From positions 3,007,438-3,071,437 of the forward strand of contig NC_083427.1 in the NCBI RefSeq assembly GCF_020745735.1: a stretch of 64,000 nucleotides of DNA, in the 5' to 3' direction. Origin of the DNA: Hemiscyllium ocellatum. Lineage: Eukaryota. Position numbers and translations under genes: made by a program. How positions within the stretch are numbered: position 1 is the first letter of the stretch; each line of letters starts with the position of its first letter. Below are positions 1 through 12,329 of the stretch, in pieces. The notes beneath the pieces were generated by a model. The model saw nothing but the letters and a program-made list of their open reading frames with translations, was not told the origin of the DNA and made no database searches.

Positions 1-275
1 TGGCGGGTGTTGAATTTTTGAATTCAGCTTTTAACAAAATGTAGAATTAAAATCTGGCCTTGTGGTGACAGTGTAACCACTGTCCATTGTTGCAAAACCC
101 ACCTGGTTCACTGATGTCCTGTAGGGAAGGATATCTACTGTCCTTATGTGGTCTGGCTCTGTCATCTGACTCTAGACCTGCAGCAAAGTGGCTGAGTCTC
201 AACTGCTGTCTGGGCAATTAGGAATGAATAATAAATGCTGGAATAGTCAGCAATACTCATCTCATGAACGAACTT
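1..275 (+). mobile_element. DeuSINE/SacSINE1-like fragment
   Basis: aaaacccacctggttcactgatgtcctgtagggaagga... core and a gggcaattagg...aataaatgctgg 3' part. Family recalled, not searched. Confidence 0.55.
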
Positions 276-1029
276 AAGAAAAAAAAACTGTGCTATAGAT
301 ATTTAATGATCAATCTGTTCAGAGATGTTATAACACAGCTCAGAAGCAGGTGGGATTTGAACTCAGGCTTCCTGGCCCAGACGTTGGGTCACTTTCACAC
401 AAGAGTCCCCGAATAAAGAAAGTGTGTTCGACAGCATCCTTACTAATGGAGTACTTCCTCAATATTGCTGTTTTCTGTTGATTTTTACACTTAAGTTCCG
501 GAATGAGCCTTGAAATTGGAATTGTCAGAAACAAGGCACTACCCATTTAGCCACCACTCACTGTCATACATTTGGAGTGTATGTAATTCGAATTGTTCAG
601 AGTTGTTTTAAATATCTTTGAAGCTGGTTAGACTTCATCTCAGGTTTCTTGACCCAAAGGTAGCGACACTATGACTGTACCACAATCTACGGTACATACT
701 TTTGAATCAACAAAATTAAATGACACGACTTCCTGAGTATGTGGAACTTGAACCCAGATCTCCTTTCGCAGAGGTAGGGTCACTACCAACGTGCCATAAA
801 AGTCTGAACCTTGTGGTGTCCTCTGAGAACAATGAGCACGCAATGGCACCTCTGCACAAGAACAGTGCTGAACCATTGACGTGCAATATTATTGTCAAGG
901 AAGTAGACTTCTGGACCAGGATTTGCATTACACTGGTTGGGTGGAAAATTGTGTTACATTCCCACATATTTCTCAGCCCTTATTATTTCCAGAAGATCAT
1001 CCTCAATCTCCAGTGCTAGCTCTTTTAGT

Positions 1030-1700
1030 GTCAGGACACCTATCCATTTATAACTCTGCCTCTTTGCCCTCATGTCTTTCTTCCCCTCCCACAACACCAA
1101 TAGGGTCCCACTGTTCCTCACTTTTGACCTCAGCAGCATCCACATCCAAACAATCATAAGCTGCCATTTCCACCACTTCCAATAGGGTGCCACCATCAGG
1201 CACATATTCTGCTCCCTTCCCCGACAGCCTTCTGCAGGGATTATTGCCTCCTGGACACCTTGGTCCACTCCTCCTCCACTCCCATTGCCTCTCACAACCC
1301 TATGGCACTTGCCATGTAATTGCGAAGGTCTAAGTCATGTCCATTTACTTCCTCCTTTCTCACTATCCAGGGCTCCAGCCCCACCTTTCAGGTGAAGCAG
1401 CAATTAACCTGTACTTTCCTCAGTCTGGTCTATTGTACTGCCTACTCACAATGTGGTCTCCTCTACATTGGGGAGATAGGATAACTGACTTGCAGAACAC
1501 CTATGTTCTGTCCACAACAAATAACCCCGAACCTTCCGGTTACCTGCCACTTGAACACACCACTTTGTTCCCTGGCTAACACCTCAGTCTGAGGCTTGCT
1601 GAAATACTCCGGAGAAGCTCAGTGCAAGCCGGAAGAACATCTCATTTTCCGGTTGGGGACCCCACTTCAGTTCAATAATTTAAAGGCCTGACCATCTTCC
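1030..1700 (+). mobile_element. Decayed Penelope-like element (GIY-YIG region)
   Basis: FQVKQQLTCTFLSLVYCTAYSQCGLLYIGE-like motif around 1385-1475, preceded by C-rich RT-end sequence. Confidence 0.65.
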
Positions 1701-2816
1701 TGGAATCCCACAGACCAGGCCTCGTCATCACACGGACTGCCTACACAATTGACCCATTGTCAATTACTAATGGCCCCCATTAGCAGCTAATGATTCTCCT
1801 CGGCTGACCATTACCCATTCCTTTATACAAAAGGCAAAAGAACTGCAGTTGCTGTAAATCAGAAACAAAACCAGAAATTATTGGAAAAACTCAGTAGGTC
1901 AGGCAGCATATGTGGAGAGAAATCAGAGTTAACATTTCAGGTTGAAATGCTGAGGAATGTTCTGAGGAAGGGTCACTTGACCGGAGACATTAATTCTGAC
2001 TTCTCCCCACAGATGCTGCCTGGCCTGTTGAACTTTTCCAGCAATTTCTGTTTTTGTGACCTGTTCCTTTGTTCAAATGCTGTTCTCTCTCTTTGGATCC
2101 ATCACCACCCAACGTTTCCTAATACCCCCTCTCCCACTCCATCTTCAGCATATGTAGCAATTTTTTCTGAGATACATTCTGGATTAGTGGTGCTGGAAGA
2201 GCACAGCAGTTCAGGCAGCATCTGAGGAGCAGTAAAATCGACGTTTCAGACAAAAGCCCTTCTGAGAGAGGGTCTCCAGATCTAAAGCGTTAGCTCAGCT
2301 TTCTCTCCACAGATGCTGCCAAAACTGCTGAGTTTCTCCAGCAATGTCTATTGTAGTCACTAATTTACATCTGTTTATTGAACTTAGCCTGCAACACTGG
2401 TAGAAGTCCCTTACATTCAACTACAATTGCAATTATATCAAAGTCGTATCCAAGTCTAATTGGTGTGAAGGTGCAGGATGCAGAGATTTCTGGATGCTGG
2501 TCTGTTTCCACTTCCCTGAAGTACTTTGACTTTCATCACAGGGAAGAATTTCTTCATCTAACTGCAGCTTCAATTATTGTTGCTGGTGTCACGCGTCCCG
2601 AATGAATTCTGTGAAATGAGTAGCCAACTTTACCTCTTTTTAACTTTCTTCATTAAAGGCAGGGATGACTATGCTCAAGAAAGACCGCTGTGACTTCATA
2701 AACAATGCTTCTACCCAAATACAAGTAATGAGGTCTGTGCCTGTGCTCAATGAACAGAATGAATGCTGGGTTCCTTTGTGTGTGTGTGTGTGTGTCTTTC
2801 TCTCTCGAAAGAACTG

Positions 2817-2980
2817 TGAGGCGGCTCAGTGGTTAGCACTGCTGCCTCACAGCACCAGGGACTCAGGTTAGATTTCAGCCTTGGGTGCTCATTTGTGTGG
2901 AGTTTGCACATTCTCTCTGTGTCTGTGTGGGTTTCCTCCACAGTCCAAAGATGTGCAGGTCAGGTGAATTGTCCATAATG
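2817..2980 (+). mobile_element. HE1-like tRNA-derived SINE, partial
   Basis: gctcagtggttagcactgctgcctcacagc...gtgtggagtttgcacattctc. Confidence 0.8.
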
Positions 2981-4249
2981 AGGAAAAACATGAAATTGTT
3001 AATTTGACCTGAAGAATTAAAAAAGCCGATTGTCTAAGTGGTGAGAGATCTCTGTGATGTGGAGTGATCTGGGTGGCCGAGTGCACAAAACATAAGTTCA
3101 GTAGGCACGTAATTCAAAAAAGTAATAGGATGTTATTGTCTATTGTAAGAGGAGTAAGTAAGAAAATCATGTTTCATTTATACAGGGCATTGGTGAGGCC
3201 ACATTTGGAGAATTGTGCACATTCACAGTCGAACTAGTCCCTGTTGACCATAATCCCAAACTAAACTAGTCCCACCTGTTTATGCTCGGCCTATATCCCC
3301 CCAACCACTTCTTATTCATATAGTATTTTAAGCATTATAACTGTACCTGCACCCATCACTTCCTCTGGAAGTTCATTCCACACACAAACCACCCTCTGTG
3401 TGAAAAAAAAACTGCCCCCCTGTCTTTTTAAAATCTTTTGCCTCCCACCTTAAAAATATGCCTCCTTGAACTTTCCCACCCTAGGGAAAAGACACCTGCC
3501 ATTCACCTTATCTATACCCCTCATGATTTTATAAACCACTAGTTATTATAATAATATATTTTAAATTATGATAAATAAGTCTTGGTCTTCTTATGTAAGA
3601 AAAGACCCCTTTTCCAGCATTTGCAAGGGCTTCTATTGCATGCTACTTCCTGTCACTGTTGGCTTTTCTGGAATGTTAGATCGCTGGGCTGGCCTTTTTT
3701 ACCCTTAGCAGTGTGGTATCTCTAGGCTTTATTTCTGAAGCTCCTTGTCACTTACCCTTCAGATCATGGAGTCTGATCACCACATTGTTAGGCCCAGACG
3801 AGTTGAACCGAAGGGTCTGTTTCCATGATGTACATCTCTCTGCTGATGACTATGAGCCAGGAAAGCAAGCATTTACAGGCTTCAGTAACATGCCTACATA
3901 CAGTGGCGAGCAAGACGGCGGCTTCCAGAGCCCCTACAGATTCAGGCTGCAACTGCACGGAGATCCGAAATCATTCTGACAGAGCTCCTTCTGCACACAA
4001 TTGAGTTGCTATTCTTAAAGGCCCAGATAACACTTTACTCTACATCAACCATCTCTCGCCTGAGATTCCTCTGAAATCTTTCTGTGTCTCAGATTCTGGA
4101 CTGTTACACATTCAGGATTTTTCTCACGCCACCAGTGTCAGATTTGCATTCAGCTGCCTGGATAGTGAACTCTGAATCCTTCCCTCACTACTCTCATTCT
4201 CTCTCCTCTCCTTTCAGAAGCCCCTTCTAACCTGACTCTTTGCCTGAAT

Positions 4250-4760
4250 GTTTGCTCACCTGGAATACTGTGCACAGTTTTGGTGCCCTTACTTGTGAAG
4301 GGATGCAGCTGCATTGGAGACAGTTCAGAGGAGACTCACTAGATGGGTTCTGAAGGCAAGGGATATGTCTTATCAAGAGAAATTGAATATTTAGACCTAC
4401 GCCCTCTAGAGCTTCGAAGAACGGGAGGAGATTGGAGTTACATAAAAATGCCAAAGGGGATTGACAAAGTCGATGTAGAAAGGATGTTTGTTTCATGTAA
4501 GGCAATCTCGAACAAGAGGTACAAGTTTAGGAAAAGGGTTAACAAATTTAAAGTAGAAATGGGGAGAAATTACTTCTCTGAAAGAGTCATGAACCTGTGG
4601 AAATCACTGTCACAGAGTGGGGTGGATACCAGGACATTGAGTAAATGGAAGAAGACAGGGACAGATTTACAATTAGCAATGGGTTGAAGGGTTATGAGTA
4701 GTGACACGAAAGTGGAGTTGAGGCCAAGATGAAATTAGCTATGATCATACTAAACCCTCC
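4250..4760 (+). mobile_element. CR1 LINE 3' end fragment
   Basis: Degenerate ORF2 C-terminus (...NYFSERVMNLWKSL) plus 3' UTR. Confidence 0.75.
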
Positions 4761-6109
4761 AATCCTGCAACAAGATCTTACGCCCTAATACTTCCTTCTG
4801 GAGAACTGAAATTGGTTTGATAACACTCAGTCACACGGCACAGAAACAGACCCTTCGGATCAACTTATCTGCGCCGACCAGACATCCCCACCTGAGTCAG
4901 TCCCATTTGCCAGCATTTGCCTTCCTATTCATGTACCTATCCAAATACCTTTTGAATGTTGTAATTGTACTAGCGTCCACCACTTCCTCTGGCAGCTCAT
5001 TCCATGCACATATCACTCTCTGTGGAGAAGTTACACCTCCGGTCCTTTTTAAATCTTACCGCTCGTGCCTTGCTGGCCATTATTAGACTGAGGAGGGAAT
5101 CAGTTTAGCTCAGTTGACTGGATTGTTGGTTTACAGAGCAATGTGAGGCCATCACCAGTTTGAAGTTACCATGAAGGACCCTCCTTTTCAATCTCTTCCC
5201 TCACCTGAGGTCTGGTGGCCCTCAGGTTAAATCCCCACCAATTGCTTCCCTCTCTAATGAGGGAGCAGCCCCTGTGGTCTGGTATGACTATGGCGACACA
5301 ACACAACAACAGACCGAGGAATGTACTCTCTAACCTCAAATAATACATGCCTATCGGTGACTCCAGAACCACAGCAAAGGAATTGATTCTGGATGGACAT
5401 TAAATGCTGGCCTCACCAGATCCAATGAATAAATAAAAGAACACCTGAAAAGTTAAACTGTACACTTCAATTAAAATGTGAATTAATGTCAACTACAAAC
5501 GAAATTTGATTTGTACCCACCAATTGCAAGCACTCAGTTTTTTAATGTTTTCTCCTTATTAATCTTTTAGTCATTCTGTCAATTAGATCCCGCCTAGTCC
5601 TGTGATCTGACACCCATTTCTGCAATTAGTTTGCTCTGGTACTATGTTTAACCTATTTCTTAGTTAAGCACAAACGGTAGGTCATGCATTTGTATTTTTT
5701 CATCATAGGATTATTTTTTATGAAATATCCCCTTACATGTCTATAACTTACATCTTTATTGGTCTATTTGTTAACTTAATTTACCAGTTCATGTTAGCTA
5801 GCTGTTTTCACACCGTTCACAATTGCCTTATTTAATTTTAAAATACTAGTCTTAGACTAATCTCTCTCTCTAACTCTACGTAAAATTCAATCACATCATT
5901 TCACTGCTGTCTGGAGTGCTTTCTGCAAGATCATTAATTAATCCTGTCTCATAGCAATTAAAAGGTCGATGCCACCAGAATATGTTATTTTAAGCATTAT
6001 TCAGAAAAAAATGTACTCCTCAGCTGAGCTATCATTGCCCTTCTGATGGCTTCAGCCCATATTATGGTGGACATACCTCCTGATTATTGCCAGTCACTGG
6101 ACTTGTAAT

Positions 6110-6390
6110 GTTAACTCTGCTTTCTCTCCACAGATACTGCCAGGCCCACAGGGTTTTTATGACATTTCTGCTTTTGTTTGATTTCTAAGACAGACAAGCA
6201 GGAGGCTAGAAGACACAACAAGCCAAGTAGCAACAGGAGGTGGAGAAGTCAGGTCCTGAAGAGGGGTTACACCCGAAATGTCGACTTCTCCAACTCCTGA
6301 TGCTGCCTGTCTTGCTGTGTTGTTCCAGCCTCCTGCCTGTCTATTTTGGATTCCAGCATCTGCAGATTTTTTTGTCTCTAACTTTGTTTG
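6110..6390. mobile_element. Penelope-type terminal-repeat fragments (similar pieces at about 1830-2350, 31350-31500 and 44230-44380)
   Basis: cccgaaatgtcgacttctccaactcctgatgctgcctgtcttgctgtgttgttccagc motif recurring at these sites. Confidence 0.6.
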
Positions 6391-6835
6391 ATTTCCTGAA
6401 TTCAAAGTTCTTGGTTTTATATTATCCCACTATTTCTTCCTTTGCACTCAACCCTACTGTATGGTTCCTGTCAAGGGTACAGCGCACCATTATCACGTGA
6501 CATTTTGCCCATATCATCTACCCTATCATTTCTACACTCTGGATTACATAGGTCATCCCTCTCATTTACCACAACGAGAAAGGTCCAGGTCTCTGCTGGG
6601 ATTTGATAAATTTGGTTTCCAAATGGTTTCAGTCCATGAGGTAAAATAGCCATGGTCCTACCAGACCAGAGGACTACTCCCTCATTAGAAAAACCACTAG
6701 TTGTGGTTTAACTTGAGGGTCATCATGCCTCAGGAGAGGGGACAGTTTGAGAAGGAGAGTTCTTCAGACGTACGGGAATTGAACATACAACCAACAGAGT
6801 TAACCTGCCCCTGAGTCGATGAGGAGGATCCAGAC

Positions 6836-7125
6836 TCAGCCTACCCCTTCATGGAGTCCCATTCGTTGGAGATCCAGCCTATTTCAGGTAAGAACACCAG
6901 TCCCGCCCCTGATTGACACCCATCATTTGGAGGACAAGTCTCAGCGGGTCGGTCTTCCAGTCACGCCCCTCATTAGCACCCAACGGTTGGAGGGTTAGTC
7001 CCCTCGGCTGTCCTTCGGTCATGCCCCCTCATTGACCACGATTGGTTGGAGGACCAGCCATTTGCGGGTTGTTCCTCCAGTTCGCACCAATCGGTGACAC
7101 CCACTGGTTGGATCCAGACACCTCC
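6836..7125. repeat. Degenerate tandem repeat of about 60 bp, about 5 units
   Basis: Recurrent core cagtc.cgcccctcattgacaccca...gttggagga starting at about 6836, 6898, 6958, 7016 and 7078. Confidence 0.7.
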
Positions 7126-7182
7126 CCCCCCCCACACCCCCACCATCTGATTGGTGCGTGGCAGCCGTCAATCAGTTGGTGT

Positions 7183-7536
7183 TTGTGGTCTGGAGAATCG
7201 CAGTGCGGTTCTGGTCTGGAGACTCCACAGTGCGGTTGTGGTCTGGGGAATCGCAGTGCGGTTGTGGTCTGAGGAACCCGCAGTGCAGTTGTGGTTTGGG
7301 GAATCAGCAGTGCAGTTGTGGTCTGGAGACTCTGCAGTGCGGTTGTGGTCTGGGGAATCCGCAGTGCGGTTGTGGTCTGGAGACTCTGCAGTGCGGTTGT
7401 GGTCTGGGGAATCCGCAGTGCGGTTGTGGTCTGGAGACTCTGCAGTGCGGTTGTGGTCTGGGGAATCCGCAGTGCGGTTGTGGTCTGGAGACTCTGCAGT
7501 GCGGTTGTGGTCTGGGGAATCCGCAGTGCGGTTGTA
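7183..7536. repeat. 27-bp minisatellite, about 13 units, with a 54-bp higher-order dimer
   Basis: Unit gcagtgcggttgtggtctgg followed by alternating agactct / ggaatcc. The last 8 units alternate perfectly. Confidence 0.95.
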
Positions 7537-7745
7537 GAGCTGTGTCGGGACCGTGAGTTTGAATGCCGGAGCACTTCAGAGACGGGCTCGGTGAGTGGGG
7601 CGGGAAGGGAGCGAAGGAAGCGGCGGTGCGTGTCCGGCGAGTTGACTCCAAACGGCACGACGTGGCTTCAAACCCCCGAGTAACCAGCTCCCGTGTCGCT
7701 CCGCAGCGGACGGAGGGCCCCGGTTCACCACCGCCATTTCCGTGG
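7537..7745. promoter_or_regulatory. CpG-rich promoter or first-exon-like segment
   Basis: Dense CpG. GC box ggggcggg at about 7597, YY1-type CCGCCATTT at 7731-7739, and + strand donor-like GTGAGT at 7553 and 7591. Confidence 0.45.
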
Positions 7746-7747
7746 TT

Positions 7748-8685
7748 AAACATCACACCACAACCAGGTTATAGTCCAACAGGTTTAATTGGAAGCACTA
7801 GCTTTCGGCGCGACGCTCCTTCATCGAGTGATAGTGGAGGGCTCAATAGTAACAGAATTTATAGCAAAAATTTACAATGTGACTGTGAGAAACAAAGCTT
7901 CAATAATTTCAGTCCCAGACAAGATCTGAATCAGGAGTGTCATTTATTTCACACTTGCAAGTGGGTGTGATGTCCACTGTCCACAAGGCAGGGACAAAAC
8001 ACACCAAATTCAACGAATACTCGATATTTATATAAGTTGGTTTCTATTTTGTTTTATCTCATTGCGCCTCCCCTGTTTACATCTTCCACTTCCCTAAGAC
8101 CGGCACCTATTACTCCTGTTTATCTCTTGCTTAACCGGCCTTGTCTGTGACAAAATGCTTATTTCTGGCCTCACAAGGCCGTTTGACCTCGTCCTGCGGT
8201 GGGTTATTGTTAGGCATATTCTTGCCTGACCATTATCTACTCCCTCCATCTGTTCCTTTCTTCACAGCATCTTATCATTAAGACCCTTTTAATTGGGGTT
8301 TGTTCCTGTGTTTCTGTAAAAGTGGGAAACAAATGTTTATACCTACTTGGTTGTAGAGGCGTATCTAGCTTAACTGCCTCTCCTCACAGCATCTTATCTA
8401 GTCGTCTGTATTGCTACCATTGTTTTGCAGTCCCGTTTCTTCCTTGCATACATTTTTAGTTAATAAAAAAAATTGTGTATTTCCTCCACATAGTTTCCAT
8501 TCTTGTTGACTCAGCTCTTGGCTGAAACAATTACACACTGGTGTGAGTTCATTTACTTTGTATCAGTAATTATAATTGCAGAAGTGACATTACTTTACCT
8601 ATATCCCACAGTGATGAAACTGAAATTATACATTGAAAAATAGATTGTCTGTTAAGTCTTTCATTTTCAAAGTTTGTGAGAAGAT
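7748..8685. mobile_element. Penelope-like terminal-repeat fragment split by the solo LTR
   Basis: caaccaggttatagtccaacaggtttaattggaagcactagctttcgg... runs up to 7883 and resumes as gtgatgaaactgaaattatacattgaaaaa... at 8611. Confidence 0.6.
7884..8610 (-). mobile_element. Solo LTR (727 bp) inserted into a Penelope terminal-repeat fragment
   Basis: TGT...ACA termini (TGTGAGA / TCCCACA) and a 5-bp duplication GTGAC (7879-7883) / GTGAT (8611-8615). On the minus strand a TATATAAAT lies at about 8026-8034, followed by AATAAA at 7943-7948. Confidence 0.75.
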
Positions 8686-8689
8686 TTGT

Positions 8690-9525
8690 AGCTCGGGTGC
8701 TCGTTGTTGTGGTTCTGTTCACCGAGCTGGGAATTTGTGTTGCAGATGTTTCGTCCCCTGTCTAGGTGACATCCTCAGTGCTTGGGAGCTTCCTGTGAAG
8801 CACTTCTGTGAGCTTTCCCCCTGCATTTGTAGTGATTTGAATCTGCCGCTTCCAGTTGTCAGTTCCAGCTGTCCGCTTCAATAGTAGGTATATTGGGTCC
8901 AGGTCGATGTGCTTATTGATTGAATCTGTGGATGAGTGCCATGCCTCCAGGAATTCCCTGGCTGCTCTCAGTTTGGCTCCCTATAATAGTAGTGTTGTCC
9001 CCCCAGTCGAATTCATGTTGCTTGTCATCTGCGTGTGTGGCTACTAAGGATAGCTGGTTGTGTCGTTTCGTGGCTAGTTGGTGTTCATGGATGCGGATTG
9101 TTATCTGTCAATCTGTTTGTCCTATGTAGTGTTTTGTGCAGTCCTTGCATGGGATTTTGTACTCTACATTGGTTTTGCTCATGCTGGTATCAGGTCCTTC
9201 GTTCTGGTGAGTTGTTGTCTGAGAGTGGCTATTGGTTTGTGTGCTGTTATGAGTCCCAGTGGTTGCAGCAGTCTGCCTGTCAGTTCGGAAATGCTCTTGA
9301 TATATGGTAGTGTGGTTAGTCCTTTGGGTTGCGGCATGTCCTCATTCCATTGTCTTTCCCTTAGGCATCTGTTGATGAAATTGTGGGGGTATCCGTTTTT
9401 GGCGAATACATTGTATAGCTGTTCTTCTTCCTCTTTTTGTAGTTCTGGTGTTCTGCAGTGTGTTGTGGCCTTTTTGAACAGTGTCTTGATGCAACTTCTT
9501 TTGTGTTCATCGAACAGGCTGTCAC
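8690..9525 (-). mobile_element. Penelope-like element, RT C-terminus plus GIY-YIG endonuclease
   Basis: Minus strand reads KRSCIKTLFKKATTHC...NGYPHNFINRCL...TLPYIKSISE...NVEYKIPCKDCTKHYIGQT...IRIHEHQLATKRH, with a few frameshifts. Confidence 0.88.
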
Positions 9526-9659
9526 CATAGGACAGAACAGGAATGGGTCTGGGTGGGTTGACTTTGGCCGGTCAGTATGGACTTGTTGGGCTGAACGGCC
9601 TGTTCCCACACTGTAATTAAGTAAGTAATCTAATCAAAAATGCCTTCCAGAAATTCAGA

Positions 9660-11830
9660 TATATTATTTTCACTTTGCTTGTTACATCTTTGAGGAAATC
9701 TAGCAAACTAATCAAACATGATTTGCCCTTCATAAACCGTGCTGATTCTAATGGAAAGTATTTTGACTTTCCAAATGTCCTGATATTACTTCCTTGAGAA
9801 CTGATCCTAACTCTTTCCCAACAATAGATGTTAAATTAACTGGTTTGCAACTTCCCACATTTTGTCTGCTTCCCTTTTTGAATAAGAGTGTTACATTAGG
9901 ATTTTTCCAATCCACTGGAAACTTCCCCGTGTCCAGGAAATTTCGGAATACTGTAACCAATGGATCCACGATCTCCAGCTTGCCTAACTTTAATCCTTTG
10001 GGATATAGTCCATCAGACCCAGGGATTTGTCTGCCCTCAATCCTAACAGTTTGCTGAGTATCTTTTCCCTATCGGCGTTGATTGTTCCCTTTCTGTTGCC
10101 TCTGACTTGCCCTTTCCAACAGAAATGGCACTATTGTCCTCCACCATAAAAACTGAAGCAAGGTATTGATTTAACATCTCTGCCATTGCAGTATTCCCCA
10201 CAATTAATTCTCTGGTTTTATCATCCAAGGGACCAACATTCACCTTGGGGACTATCTTGCCTTTTATATACGTTTAGAAGCCTTTGCTATCCTTTTTTTC
10301 GTGTTTTGTGCTAGTTTTCTTTTGTAATTTACCTTAACCTATTTTTATTAATTTTTTACTATCCGTTTGTTTATGTTTGAAAGTTTCCCAATCATCCAGC
10401 CTATTACTGGCCTTTGCAATGTGGTAGATCTTAGTTTTTGAATTTATATTGTCCTTGATCACCGTGTTTGGCCGTGAATTCTTTTAACACGCTCCCCCCA
10501 CCCCATCCCTTGCCATCTATCTTCTTATTGGGATGTACTTTAATTGGGAGGAATTGAGTATGTCCTTAAAAATTTGCCAGTTCTGTGCATGCACAGTCTT
10601 ACCTTTTCGCCTTCCTGCCAAATCTTGGGCCAAATCTGTCCTCATACCTATGTAATTTCCTTTGTTTAATTCCAGAACGTTACTGAGAGACTCCACGTCC
10701 TCTCCCCCCAAACTGAATTTTGAATTCTGTCGTACTATGGTCACTAGTCCCTAGAGGATCCTTAACTATGATGTCACCAATTAATCTCTCCTCCTTCCAC
10801 GATACCAAATCCAGAGTAGCCTGCTCCTTGGTTGGTTCCACAACATGCTGCTCCTAGAAAAAATCTCCAAAGCAATCAATGAACTTTGCCTCCAGGCTAC
10901 TCTTGCCAATTTGAGTCTTTGTGCATGATTATTGCTATACCTTTGTTGTAAGCCTCTAATATTTCCTGGTTTATACTGTACCCCACTGTGGAACAATTAT
11001 TTGGGGATCTATTAATTACTCCTACCAAGTACTTCTGCCCTTTGTTATTTCTTTTTTTTACCCAGACAAATTCCACATCTTGATCACCAGTGCTTAGGCC
11101 ATTTCCCATTCTAGCACTGATCCCTTCCTTCACCAGCAAAGCTACACCACCTCCTCTTCCTTCCAGTCTATCTCTCCGAAATGTTGAGTAACCTTGGATA
11201 TTCAATTCCCAGACCTGGTCTCCTTGTAAACATGTCTTAGTATTGCTACCAAATTGTACCCTTTTGTTTCTATTTACGTCATCAACTAATTAATTTTGAT
11301 TTGAATGATCCATGCGTTTGGATACAAGGTCTTTGCATTTGTTCTACTGGTAAATTTCCCTAATTTTATTTAATAATTCCTTGGTGCATAAAGACATTCA
11401 TTTGTTCTGTTCCCCCACCTTTATTGTCTGATAACCAGCTGCCGCTTTGCTGACCTGCACTCTTACCTCCCCTTTTAATTTGGGTTTTCTAATTCTAATT
11501 TCTCCTACAACTGAACCCAACCCCCGTTTAGTTTAAAGCCCTGTGTACAGCCCTAGGTATGTGATTTGGTGGGATTGTATTCCCAACAAGATTCCGGTGA
11601 AGATTGTCCTATTGGAGCAGGTCCATTCTTCCTCAGTACTGGTGCCAATGTCCCATGAATTCAAACCAATTTCTCTCAATCCAGTCTTGAAGTCACGCAT
11701 TTACCTGCTTAATCTTATTGATCCTGTGCCAATTAGCTTGTGGCTCAGGTAGTAACCAGAGATTATTACCTTTTTTGGTTCTGCTTTTTAGTTTAGGTCC
11801 TAGCTGTTCATGCTCCCTGAGCAGCACCTC
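9660..11830 (-). mobile_element. CR1 LINE ORF2 fragment (APE endonuclease to RT start)
   Basis: NIQGYSTFRRDRLEGRGGGVALLVKE (APE) and FPVDWKNPNVTLLFKKG...KPVNLTSIVGK (RT N-terminus). Confidence 0.9.
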
Positions 11831-11871
11831 TGCCCTAGTTTTATCTATGTTGTTGGTACCTATATCAGTAC

Positions 11872-12105
11872 CACGGTCCTCGGTTCGATTCACGCCTCAG
11901 GTGACTGTCTGAATGAAGTTTGTATATTCTCCCCGTGCCTGCATGGATTTCCTCTCGGTGCTGCAGTTTCCTCCCACAATCCAAACATGTGGAGGTTAGG
12001 TGAGTGGGCCATGCAAAATTGCCCATTGTGTTAGGTGCATTAATCCGTGCTAAGGGCTGATGTGGACTCGTTGTGCCAAATGGCTTGTAGGGAATCTAAT
12101 CTAAA
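11872..12105 (+). mobile_element. HE1-like SINE, 5'-truncated
   Basis: ...gtttcctcccacaatccaaacatgtg...aaattgccc... ending in an aatct tail. Confidence 0.7.
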
Positions 12106-12329
12106 TCAATGATGACATCTCAGATTGGAAGGAAAATGCGTGAAATCTGTTTTGGATGGAACCCCGAAAAGCGACAACAGAATCACAGAGGCGAGGCCAG
12201 AGGGACAGACGTTGACATTAAAGCCACATTTGACTGAGGGTGACTGCAAGGAGATTGATGAAAAGTGAAATCAGTGGAAGTAGTGGGAAAATTAATATCT
12301 AGCACAAAGGAAGATATTGTAGTCCTTGG

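Noticed and set aside
720-1019. 99-aa ATG-initiated ORF
   Set aside because: No recognisable domain or splice context; it lies among repeat debris.
7183-7536. CRISPR-like array
   Set aside because: Units are contiguous with no unique spacers, and the DNA is eukaryotic.
7029-7756. Several 128-209 aa repetitive ORFs on both strands (e.g. PQTTTALQSL repeats, mucin-like)
   Set aside because: They are by-products of the 27-bp minisatellite being a multiple of 3; most lack a true ATG and none has domain support.
8607-8645. Perfect heptamer CACAGTG
   Set aside because: It is created by the LTR end plus target-site duplication, and has no nonamer at 12 or 23 spacing.
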